From: Candidatus Limnocylindrales bacterium
Lineage (GTDB): Bacteria; Chloroflexota; Limnocylindria; Limnocylindrales; CSP1-4
Assembly: GCA_035308745.1 (NCBI GenBank)
Contig: DATGGC010000052.1
Coordinates: 1 to 29,449 of the forward strand
Length of the DNA stretch: 29,449 nt
Direction of reading: 5' to 3'
How positions within the stretch are numbered: position 1 is the first letter of the stretch; each line of letters starts with the position of its first letter. A program made the position numbers and the translations under genes. Below are positions 1-8,097 of the stretch, piece by piece. The notes under the pieces are model-generated. The model ran no database searches. It had not been told where the DNA came from and saw only the letters and a program-made list of their open reading frames with translations.

Positions 1-66
1 GAGGAGGACGATCGCCAGGAGCCAAAGCCCGCTTCCCGCCCGGTTGGCGGCCCTCACTCCCCTCAT
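1..66 (-). CDS. 5' end of a probable secreted or membrane protein (partial, runs off the left edge)
   Basis: ATG at 66-64 reads MRGVRAANRAGSGLWLLAIVLL..., a basic N-region followed by a hydrophobic stretch, and stays open to the window edge. Confidence 0.45.
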   Translation of the reverse strand, partial: MRGVRAANRAGSGLWLLAIVLL

Positions 67-167
67 CGGCTGAGCATCCACCCGCCAGACGGCGGGCACA
101 AGCCTTGGGTGCATACTCGGACCGTACCGCTGGAGGTACCACTGTGGTTGCTCGAGGGGGACCGGTC

Positions 168-602
168 GTGCGTCGTTGGTTGGCAGCAGGACTGCTGGCT
201 CCGTTCTTGATCGCCGGGTGCATCGGGTACGCCCCCGACGGCGATGGATGGTTCCGCAATGAGTCGGCCCAGCCGGTAACGATCACCATCGAAGAACCCC
301 CCTCGGGGTTCTTCGGGAGCTCCATCACCACGGTCCAGGAGATTCCGCCCTGGCAAAAGGGGTGGTGCTACGCCGGCGGCATCTTCTTGGGTGGCGGGCC
401 TGGGGAGATGGCCATCTCGGTGACCGGAAGCGGGTTGCCCTCGCCCGCATCAACAACCATCCCGACTCCGATCGTTCCCCCGACGAACGTCGGCGTGCTC
501 ATCGATGCGTCCGGTGTCGTCCACTTCACCTCGGCGACGCCAAAACCCGACAAGGGCTCCTGCCAGATGTACCGGGAGATCTTTCCGACGAGCTCGCCTT
601 AG
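168..602 (+). CDS. Hypothetical lipoprotein (~144 aa)
   Basis: GAGGGGG SD at 154-160, then in-frame GTG at 168. MRRWLAAGLLAPFLIAG-C gives a lipobox-like IAGC. The ORF-track start at 105 is probably too long. Confidence 0.6.
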   Translation: MRRWLAAGLLAPFLIAGCIGYAPDGDGWFRNESAQPVTITIEEPPSGFFGSSITTVQEIPPWQKGWCYAGGIFLGGGPGEMAISVTGSGLPSPASTTIPTPIVPPTNVGVLIDASGVVHFTSATPKPDKGSCQMYREIFPTSSP

Positions 603-611
603 GGGGTCAGG

Positions 612-1298
612 TCAAGAACGTTGTCTGCCGCCGTCGCCCTCCGGGGGTGACGACCCGGACCCTCGGCGGCGGGCGACGGTCGGGACCTCGAGCCACCCCT
701 CCGCGACGGCTCTTGCGGAGAGCTCCGCACGCGACTCAATGCCGAGGCGCTCGAACATGCGCCGCAGGTGGCCCTCAACGGTCTTGGTCGTGATCGCCAG
801 CGCCGCGCCGATCTCGCCGTTCGAGCGGCCACCGACGACGAGTCGGGCGATCTCTTGCTCGCGGGTCGTGAGCGTCGGGTCGATTGTCCTGGCGCCGGGT
901 GAGGCCGGGACGGCCTCGCCGAGGCCGGCCGCTCGGATGGCGGCCACGAGCTCCGACATCGGCGCGGTCTTGAGCACGAGCGAGGTCGCGCCCAGCCGAT
1001 ACGCCGCTGCCGCGTACTCGGCCTGCGCGAACGCGGTGAGCACGACAATCGCCGGTCGCCGGGCCGCGCCGCGATGGCGCTCCAGGAGTTGGAACCCGGT
1101 CTCCTGCCCGAGGCGAATGTCCAGGAGCAACACGTCCACGAGAGCAGGGTCGAGGAGCGGCTCGGCCAGGCCAAGCGATGCAGCCGTTCCGGCAATCTCG
1201 ATCCCCGGGTACTCGCGGAGGAGCGCAGCCATCCCGTCGCGGACGACAGGGTGGTCGTCCACGATCGCGACACGAATGGGGCGGGGCTCGGCCGTCAT
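612..1298 (-). CDS. NarL/FixJ-family response regulator (REC + LuxR HTH)
   Basis: IRVAIVDDHPVVRDG, LLLDIRL (phospho-Asp), LVLKT; C-terminal LTTREQEIARLVVGGRSNGEIGAALAITTKTVEGHL. ATG at 1298 lies 11 nt after the kinase stop. Confidence 0.95.
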   Translation of the reverse strand: MTAEPRPIRVAIVDDHPVVRDGMAALLREYPGIEIAGTAASLGLAEPLLDPALVDVLLLDIRLGQETGFQLLERHRGAARRPAIVVLTAFAQAEYAAAAYRLGATSLVLKTAPMSELVAAIRAAGLGEAVPASPGARTIDPTLTTREQEIARLVVGGRSNGEIGAALAITTKTVEGHLRRMFERLGIESRAELSARAVAEGWLEVPTVARRRGSGSSPPEGDGGRQRS

Positions 1299-1309
1299 GT
1301 CGCCGCGGC

Positions 1310-3004
1310 TCAAGCGCCCTGGGTCGCTGGGCTGCCTGCGCCCGTGGACCACACGACGCGGACCCGCGTCCCGCCCCCGGGTCGGTCGGCGACCGTTAGC
1401 TCGGCCCCGAGCTTCGCCGCGCGCTGCGCCATGGTGAGGAACCCGAGGTGGCCGGGGCTGGCCGGTCTCGCCAGGGCGTCCGCGCCGACGCCAGAACCGT
1501 GGTCCTCGACCTCGAGTTCGGCCGAGCCTGCCTGGGCGTGGAGACGGACCGTGATCGGAGGCCGGCCGTGCTTGATGGAGTTAGCGACGGCTTCCTGCGC
1601 GATTCTGAACAGCCCGAGCTCGACGTCGTAGGGCAAGCGCTCCTCTCCTTCGTGCCGGAGTTCGATGTCGATCCCCGCCGCGGCCCGTACCTCGCCGACA
1701 AGCGCCTCGAGCGCAGCGGCGAGCCCGAGGTCGTGGATGACCGGCAAGCGGAGGTCCGCGCAGATCGCCCGCAGCCGGTCGATCGCGCCACGCAGCGAGG
1801 AGGCGGCGTCGTCCTCGCCCGCCCGATCGAGCCGGTGGACCAGCATTGAGAGGTCCTGGATCACGTCGTCATGGATGTCCGCGGCGATTCTCGCTCGCTC
1901 TGACTCGCCCTCGTCCACCACCAGACTCCGGTCGCGCGCTTCCCGGGCGGCCTCGCGGGCGACGGGCAGGACGGCGACGACCCGGGTGATGCCCACGACT
2001 ACGAACCAGACGACGAGCGGCTGGACCAACGGCGTCCTCGTGACAGCCGCGAGCGGGGTGAGCGTCACCGCGGGCAGCGTCGCGGTAACGGCGGTGTCCC
2101 CGGCGCGGAGCACCGCCGCGAGCCGGCTCGAGCTGGTCAGGCGGCCGGCGTCGCGCCGGAGCTGCGCCGCGAGGACGAGCGCAGGCACGAGGAGAATCGC
2201 CGAGGCAAGGGCCCAACGCAGGATGGAAACGACACCGCGCTCCATGCCCGTTGTGGCCGCCACTGCGCCGACTAGGGCGGCGGCCAAGGCGAGGACCGTG
2301 GACGCCAGGATCGACCGGCGCCGAGTCTGGGGAGTAGCAATGAGCTGGGCGAAGGCCACGGCGCCCACGAGCGCGGCGGCGGCGACCAGCACGCTCGTCA
2401 GCACGACGAGTACCGGGGTCAGCGTGAGGTACGCGGGCAGCAGGAATAGCGGCGAGGCCGCGGCCGCGAGGAGCGGCAACGCAACGGCCAGGGCCGGCTT
2501 TCGGGCAAGCCTGCGGTAGCCGAGCCAGCAGAGGCCCACGAGGCAGAACAGGCCGGCCGCGGTGAGCGCCAACCCGCTCTCCCCGAGGCGGTCCATGGCC
2601 CAATTGGACTGAAAGACCTGCGACCCCGTGCCGAGGTACTGCGGCGGGAGCGGCGACGGCAGCTCGCCCGGCTTGGCCATGTAGATGAAGTACGGCAGCG
2701 CCGCCGCGGCGGTCTGCTGGGCGTCGTCCGCCCCGGGCGCGGTGTAGACCTGCTCATCCGGCCCGTCCCTGTTCACGAACACGTCTGCGGCGACGACGAT
2801 GAAGCCAGGCTCGATGCCCTCGAACCAAGCGAGGCCGCCGGGATGCACGGAGGCGACCACCAGCATCTGCCTGCCGGCGCCGTCGTGCGAGAACCCGTAG
2901 GTGAACCCCGGGTCCACAACCCCTGCTTCATATGCCGCGACGCCCGCGATCCCCGAGGCGGCGAGGATCGCCAGCGCCAGCAGGCTGAGGCTGCGCACGT
3001 TCAT
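1310..3004 (-). CDS. NarX-type (HisKA_3) membrane sensor histidine kinase with N-terminal PDZ-like extracytoplasmic segment
   Basis: ERARIAADIHDDVIQDL H-box, FRIAQEAVANSIKHG N-box, EDHGSG, HLGFLTM, GGGTRV; about 7 hydrophobic segments; LVVASVHPGGLAWFEGIEPGFIVV resembles a PDZ strand-helix. Start MNVRSLSLL at 3004. Confidence 0.9.
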   Translation of the reverse strand: MNVRSLSLLALAILAASGIAGVAAYEAGVVDPGFTYGFSHDGAGRQMLVVASVHPGGLAWFEGIEPGFIVVAADVFVNRDGPDEQVYTAPGADDAQQTAAAALPYFIYMAKPGELPSPLPPQYLGTGSQVFQSNWAMDRLGESGLALTAAGLFCLVGLCWLGYRRLARKPALAVALPLLAAAASPLFLLPAYLTLTPVLVVLTSVLVAAAALVGAVAFAQLIATPQTRRRSILASTVLALAAALVGAVAATTGMERGVVSILRWALASAILLVPALVLAAQLRRDAGRLTSSSRLAAVLRAGDTAVTATLPAVTLTPLAAVTRTPLVQPLVVWFVVVGITRVVAVLPVAREAAREARDRSLVVDEGESERARIAADIHDDVIQDLSMLVHRLDRAGEDDAASSLRGAIDRLRAICADLRLPVIHDLGLAAALEALVGEVRAAAGIDIELRHEGEERLPYDVELGLFRIAQEAVANSIKHGRPPITVRLHAQAGSAELEVEDHGSGVGADALARPASPGHLGFLTMAQRAAKLGAELTVADRPGGGTRVRVVWSTGAGSPATQGA

Positions 3005-3175
3005 GTCGTTGGACGCTAGCACCCCAGCGTCCGCTCGAAACGACGGGAGAACCCGCAACAGGATCCCGCTCGTCCCGACGGGGCGAGACGGGCTCCGTGG
3101 CTGGCGAGCGACGGTCATCTGAGCCTGTCGCGCACGGACCCTGAATTTCGGCGACCGGCGAGCCAGAATGCAACG

Positions 3176-3676
3176 ATGACGGCTGGCGCTTCGGGCTGGC
3201 AGAACTTCTACCTGATGGTTGGCGGAGCCGCGGCCGCGCTGACCGGGCTGATCTTCGTCGCCGTGTCGCTCCACACCCGCTCGATCATGGGCAACCAGCT
3301 CCATCGCGACCGGGCCTGGGCCAGCGTCGTATCGCTGATCTCACAGCTGTTCGTGGCCGTAGCGGTGCTCGTCCCGGCCCAGCCATCGTGGGCCCTCGGC
3401 ATCGAGGTCGAGCTGGTGGCGCTCTTCTGGGTCTATCGGACCGCATGGGTGGCACGGTCGTTCGGTCCATCGATGCGCACGGTTGACCGACCCAATACCC
3501 GCTGGCAGCTCGAGTGGGTCGTCTGGCTCACGTGGCTCGTGGCGCTGGTTGCCAGCGGCCTCGTCGTGCTGGCTGGGGGCGAGGTTGGGTTCGATCTCCT
3601 GGCGCTGGCGATGGTCGGGATGTTCCTGTCCGCCGTCTGGAACGCCTGGGTGCTCATCTCCGAGGTGGCTGACTAA
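3176..3676 (+). CDS. Conserved-type small integral membrane protein (4-5 TM), function unknown
   Basis: WQNFYLMVGGAAAALTGLIFVAVSL N-terminus and several TM helices; CAGAAT -10-like hexamer 6 nt before the ATG. Confidence 0.75.
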   Translation: MTAGASGWQNFYLMVGGAAAALTGLIFVAVSLHTRSIMGNQLHRDRAWASVVSLISQLFVAVAVLVPAQPSWALGIEVELVALFWVYRTAWVARSFGPSMRTVDRPNTRWQLEWVVWLTWLVALVASGLVVLAGGEVGFDLLALAMVGMFLSAVWNAWVLISEVAD

Positions 3677-3678
3677 CG

Positions 3679-5862
3679 ATGGCCCCGCTCGGGCACCCGC
3701 GGCACCGTGACCCAGCACGACGGCTGGTCACCCTGGTAGCCGCCCTGGCCCTCGTGGTCGCCTGTGGCCCGAGCCAGACAATCGTCAGCGCGTCGATCCC
3801 CGGCCCCAGCCAGGCTTCGGGCGCTCCGTCGACGACCCAGACCCTGCCAACAAATGCCGAGGGACCGACGGAATCACCCGAGCCCACCAGCCCGCCCGAG
3901 CCGCCGACGGCCGAGCAGCTGATCGAAGCCGACCTGGCGTCGGGCGCGATCGACGAGCCGACCAGCCTGCTGTACCGCATCGAGGCGATGTTCGGGGCGC
4001 CGGAGCTGCCCGCGAAGTACGCGGCAGGTACCCAGGAGGAGGATTCCGCGGCGCTGAACACGGCCAAGCTGGAATTCGATCAGTTCCCGGCCGCCATCCA
4101 GCAGCAGGTCAAGCCGTTCATCGTCCGTCCGACAGATCCCGAAAGCGTGTTCTCGCCGAGCGGGGCCGCGGCCTCGCGGGCGGTCGGCCTCGGACCGCCT
4201 GAACACGCAGCTGCAGTTGGTGGACGAGGCGTCGCCACGGACCAGCCCGCGTGCGGCTCGGACGGCTGGGCGTCGCTCGTGGACGCCCAGGACAACGTGA
4301 CCGTCTGGGGCGTCTGTGCGAACGGCCGCAGCACCGCCGACCTGGCCACGGCTGTCGCTGCCATCCAGCAGGTCTACCCGGACGAGGTGGAGCTCATGGG
4401 CGACCCCGTGCCCGACACCGGGACGGAAGACGCCGGCGGTGACAGCAACATCGACATCTACCTCGTGGACCAGTGCCACACGCGAGGCGGTCAATGCCAG
4501 GAGATCAGTACCGACGCTGCGGCGGACGCCGTAGCGGACGCGCCGTACGACGGCAGCTCGTCGAGTGGCTACATCGAGATGTATCGAAGCTACACCGACC
4601 CCGTCGACCAGAAGGACATCCTGGCCCACGAGTTCATGCATATCCTCGAGTTCGCCCACGATTTCGCCGGCCTCTACCAGGGTGGCCAGTCGTATTGGAT
4701 GGTGGAGGCCACGGCCAAGTGGGCCGAAGAGTATTTCGTGCCCGAGGGCCGGGCGAAGTGGGTGTACCGCTACATCCCGATCTACCAGTTCTCGCCGTAT
4801 GGCCTGACCACCACCGATGGACACAATGAGTACGCCTCGTTCATCTGGCCGTACTTCCTCGACCAGGTGAACGGTGCCCAGGCCGTGGCCGACGCCTGGA
4901 ACGCGTTCGACGGCGTGAGCGGGTTCGGCGCCCTCAACGACGCGTTGAACGGTGTGCTCTCGTTCCAGGCCAACTTCAAGATCTTCGCCGCGCGCGCCTG
5001 GAACGCGGAGCTCCCGGGCGGCAACGGTGCCAGCGACCCGATCGACCCGCGCTTCCAGGCAGTGGATCCCAGCCTGCCCCAGAAGGACCCCCAGAATCCC
5101 AACAAGCGGTCCCTGGCGCCACTCATCAGCGGCGCGCCGGCGCCCGGCAACAAGTACACGGTGCCCGACACCATCCCGCCGCTCGGAGCGCGCTATCGCA
5201 TCCTCAACGTGCCCCAGGACGTGCACAAGCTCGTCGCGGACTTCTCCGGCATGCAGCCCGCCGGCAGTCTGGACGTCCAGGCATTCATCCACGACAAGAG
5301 CGCCCACACTTGGACGCTCAAGCCCCTGCAGACCGGCCAGAACACCTGGTGCATCCCTTCGGACGGGGACATCGACCAGATCCTCTTCGTGCTGGACGAC
5401 CACGGCTATGTGGCGAACGGCGACGTCGCCGGACAGTGGACCCTCCAGGCGGTCAGTGACCCGTGCACGCCCACGGCCTGGAAGGTGGACGTGGAGAACA
5501 AGCCGGGCATTCCCGACCCGCGACCCGCGGCCGGCGCCTATTCGGGACCGGGAGACGTCGAATGCGATGAAATCTCGAGCCCGACCGCCAATCAATGGCA
5601 TGCCTCCTTCGGCACGGGCTCCCAGGCGGTCAACGGCGTGAACTCGATCGACATCACCACCGGCCCGCCCGCGATCGTCAGCGCCATCGTCTCCGGGGAC
5701 ACCTTCAACCTGGGCGACTGGCAGGTGTCCGCAATCGAAGGCAACGTGCAGGTCAACGTCCAGGACCACGGGGGGCAGAACGTGACCATCAGTGCCCATG
5801 GCGACAATTTCGAGGAAACCATCGACGCGACGCTCGTCTGCTCGGTGGTCCAGCGCTTCTAG
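3679..5862 (+). CDS. Lipoprotein zinc metallopeptidase (HExxH...E gluzincin-like; resembles MXAN_6640-type)
   Basis: Signal peptide with lipobox-like LVVA-C and a P/S/T-rich linker; ILAHEFMHILEFAH followed by WMVEATAKWAEE; beta-rich C-terminal domains. Confidence 0.8.
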   Translation: MAPLGHPRHRDPARRLVTLVAALALVVACGPSQTIVSASIPGPSQASGAPSTTQTLPTNAEGPTESPEPTSPPEPPTAEQLIEADLASGAIDEPTSLLYRIEAMFGAPELPAKYAAGTQEEDSAALNTAKLEFDQFPAAIQQQVKPFIVRPTDPESVFSPSGAAASRAVGLGPPEHAAAVGGRGVATDQPACGSDGWASLVDAQDNVTVWGVCANGRSTADLATAVAAIQQVYPDEVELMGDPVPDTGTEDAGGDSNIDIYLVDQCHTRGGQCQEISTDAAADAVADAPYDGSSSSGYIEMYRSYTDPVDQKDILAHEFMHILEFAHDFAGLYQGGQSYWMVEATAKWAEEYFVPEGRAKWVYRYIPIYQFSPYGLTTTDGHNEYASFIWPYFLDQVNGAQAVADAWNAFDGVSGFGALNDALNGVLSFQANFKIFAARAWNAELPGGNGASDPIDPRFQAVDPSLPQKDPQNPNKRSLAPLISGAPAPGNKYTVPDTIPPLGARYRILNVPQDVHKLVADFSGMQPAGSLDVQAFIHDKSAHTWTLKPLQTGQNTWCIPSDGDIDQILFVLDDHGYVANGDVAGQWTLQAVSDPCTPTAWKVDVENKPGIPDPRPAAGAYSGPGDVECDEISSPTANQWHASFGTGSQAVNGVNSIDITTGPPAIVSAIVSGDTFNLGDWQVSAIEGNVQVNVQDHGGQNVTISAHGDNFEETIDATLVCSVVQRF

Positions 5863-5913
5863 CACTGACAGGCCCGCTGAACGCCAGCGCCCATTCGCAA
5901 CACAATGGCGGCG

Positions 5914-6768
5914 ATGGCGGACAGCAATATCGAGATCCGGGCAGCGACGCTTGACGACGTGCCGGCGATCCGGAGTCTCCTTGCCGCCCACGGCGATGAC
6001 GGACCGGCGACCACCGTCGATATCGTTGGGCCCTATCTCGGCCACCTGATCGAGCACGCCACGGCGCTGGTCAGCGCGCGAGCCGGCGAGATCCTCGGGT
6101 TCGGGGCGGCGGTCGATACCGGCTTCAGCCGCCACCTGGCGGACCTGTTCGTCCGGCCCGAGCACCTGGGAGAGGGCATCGGTCGGCCGCTGCTGGCGGC
6201 GGTTCTGGGGGAGGCGTTCCCGAGGACCACCTTTGCCTCGGCCGATCCGCGAGCGTTGCCACTCTATGTCCGGGCGGGCATGACCCCGCTCTGGCCGTGC
6301 TTCTATCTCGAGGGCCGACCCGAGGAGCTGCCCGCGCCAGGCCCGGCGATCACGGTCGCCGCGGCGGCTCCGGCGACCCTCGCTGACCTCGAACGATCCT
6401 GGACCGGAGCGAACCGTCCGATCGACCATGCCTTCTGGGCGAGCCAGGCCGACGCCGATCCGTTCGTCGTTTCCGATGGCGGGCAGCCGGTCGCCTTTGG
6501 CTACGCTCGCGCTCGGCAGGCCAGCCCGGCCCGGGTCATCGATCGGATGGTGGTTCGACCCGGATCCGCGCCGATCGCGCCGGTCCTGGCGGCGATCCGC
6601 TTCGGCGCCCGTGGCTCGGCGATCGTGGTCACCATCCTCGGCCCACATCCGGTCCTGCCGATCCTGCTCGAGGCCCGTTTTCGGATCATCGATCGGGACC
6701 AGTTCATGGCGTCCGATCCGGCACTCGTCGATCCGACCCGGCTGCTGCCCAACCCCGGAATGCTCTAG
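5914..6768 (+). CDS. GNAT-family N-acetyltransferase (probably tandem GNAT fold)
   Basis: IEIRAATLDDVPAI start; LADLFVRPEHLGEGIGRPLL acetyl-CoA motif A. The second ATG (5914) is preferred because CACAAT lies 7 nt upstream. Confidence 0.85.
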   Translation: MADSNIEIRAATLDDVPAIRSLLAAHGDDGPATTVDIVGPYLGHLIEHATALVSARAGEILGFGAAVDTGFSRHLADLFVRPEHLGEGIGRPLLAAVLGEAFPRTTFASADPRALPLYVRAGMTPLWPCFYLEGRPEELPAPGPAITVAAAAPATLADLERSWTGANRPIDHAFWASQADADPFVVSDGGQPVAFGYARARQASPARVIDRMVVRPGSAPIAPVLAAIRFGARGSAIVVTILGPHPVLPILLEARFRIIDRDQFMASDPALVDPTRLLPNPGML

Positions 6769-6781
6769 GGACGAGATCGCG

Positions 6782-7879
6782 TCAGCGGCGAGCGCGCCTC
6801 GCCAGATTGACCCAGGCACCGGCCAGGCCAGTTGCTCCAGCGACGCTCAGGACCACGAGGTAGGTCAGTGATGCACTGCCCTCGGTGGGCGCTGCCATGT
6901 TCGTGGGTGGCGCGGTAGGTGCCGGCAACGCGACACGGAGCTTCGGGGTCGCGGTTGGTCCTGACAAGGCGGCAGGGGTTGGGGTCGGCGCAGCCGTTGG
7001 CGCCACGGTCTGCGTGGGCGTCGGCGTGGGCGTGGGCGTCGGCGTGGGCGTCGGCGTGGGCGTGGCCGTGGGCGTTGCGGTCGGGGTGGGCGTCGCAGTC
7101 GGTGTCGGCGTGGGTGTCGGCGTCGGCGTGGGGGTCGGCGTCGGCGTGGGGGGCGGCGTCGGCGTGGGTGTCGGCGTCGGAGCGGCGGCGCAATCCGCGC
7201 GCGTGATCGCGTTTGTATCCATCGTGACGGCGCCATCGAGGGCGAGCGCTCGGCCATCGATGTTCACGCCGGTCGTGGCGGTGATCGAAGTCAGGGCGAG
7301 GATGTTGCCCGCGAAGCTCGAGTTGGTGCCAAGCGTCGCCGAGCTCCCGATCTGCCAGAACACGTTGCACGACTGAGCCTCGTTGGTGAACAGGACACTG
7401 CTCGAGGAGGCCGTGGTCAGGGTCGAGCCGATCTGGAAGACCCAGATCGCATTCGGGTCACCGTGGGCGTCGAGCGTCAGGATTCCGGTCAGGCCGATCG
7501 AGCTGGGTGCCCTGTAGACCCCCGGGCCCAGGGTGAGGCCGCCGAGGTCCCCGGCAATGCCCGCGTCGGGCGCCTGACCGACCGCTTCGTTGTAGGCCGC
7601 CCTCAGGTCATTCTGGGCCTGGGCAGCGTTCGGATCAGCGGTCGCGATGGTTCCGTTCACCACACCGGGCGGGAATCCAGTGACCGCACTGCCCGGGCTG
7701 ACGCCGAGGTCGCCGGTGACGAACGTCGAGCCGGTATTTGTGGCAGTCGTCGCCGCGAGCACGGCGAAGGACGATGCCGTACCGAGGTTGATGGTCGTCG
7801 CAATCGCCTTGGCCGTCGCTGGCAGGACGATCGTCGTGAGGGCGACGGCCGCTACGGCGATCCGCTGGATCTTGAGCAT
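6782..7879 (-). CDS. DUF3494 ice-binding-like protein with signal peptide, Pro-Thr stalk and C-terminal membrane anchor
   Basis: [97 protein letters not shown] is the typical DUF3494 signature; then (PT)n, a TM helix and an RRARR tail. Confidence 0.93.
   Translation of the reverse strand: MLKIQRIAVAAVALTTIVLPATAKAIATTINLGTASSFAVLAATTATNTGSTFVTGDLGVSPGSAVTGFPPGVVNGTIATADPNAAQAQNDLRAAYNEAVGQAPDAGIAGDLGGLTLGPGVYRAPSSIGLTGILTLDAHGDPNAIWVFQIGSTLTTASSSSVLFTNEAQSCNVFWQIGSSATLGTNSSFAGNILALTSITATTGVNIDGRALALDGAVTMDTNAITRADCAAAPTPTPTPTPPPTPTPTPTPTPTPTPTPTATPTPTATPTATPTPTPTPTPTPTPTPTQTVAPTAAPTPTPAALSGPTATPKLRVALPAPTAPPTNMAAPTEGSASLTYLVVLSVAGATGLAGAWVNLARRARR
7008..7182 (-). repeat. Imperfect 6-bp-unit tandem repeat (GTCGGC/GTGGGC on +) encoding a Pro-Thr linker
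   Basis: Directly visible; translates to [14 protein letters not shown]... in the DUF3494 CDS. Confidence 0.9.
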
Positions 7880-8097
7880 CCCAATCGGCTCTCTTCCGTG
7901 GCGTGGGAGCGTGGCTCGACTGACTCAGACTCACCGGCGCCACGGACCGCACGGCCCGCCGAACGAAGAGGATGTCTAACCTGGGCGGAGGCTACTCGCG
8001 CCGTGGCGGTGGACGCTATGGCTCATTCGGACCCGGGGATCCGGAATTAGCCGGGACTCGAGGCCCGCTGGCCTTCGGCGGTCTCGATCCTGCCTGG

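Noticed and set aside
3874-6819. 981-aa minus-strand ORF and many other long overlapping ORFs in the track
   Set aside because: These are antisense or off-frame shadows of well-supported genes in high-GC DNA. Their composition is Arg/Gly-rich with no recognisable domains.
7008-7182. Tandem repeat as a possible CRISPR array or contingency VNTR
   Set aside because: It has 6-bp units without unique spacers, stays in frame and encodes a Pro-Thr linker.
7602-7608. Isolated CTCAGGT heptamer
   Set aside because: Single copy inside a CDS on the antisense strand, with no partner repeat or -10.
7880-8097. c-di-GMP or c-di-AMP riboswitch upstream of the DUF3494 gene
   Set aside because: I could not find the conserved core motifs by eye; kept only as a generic structured-leader hypothesis.
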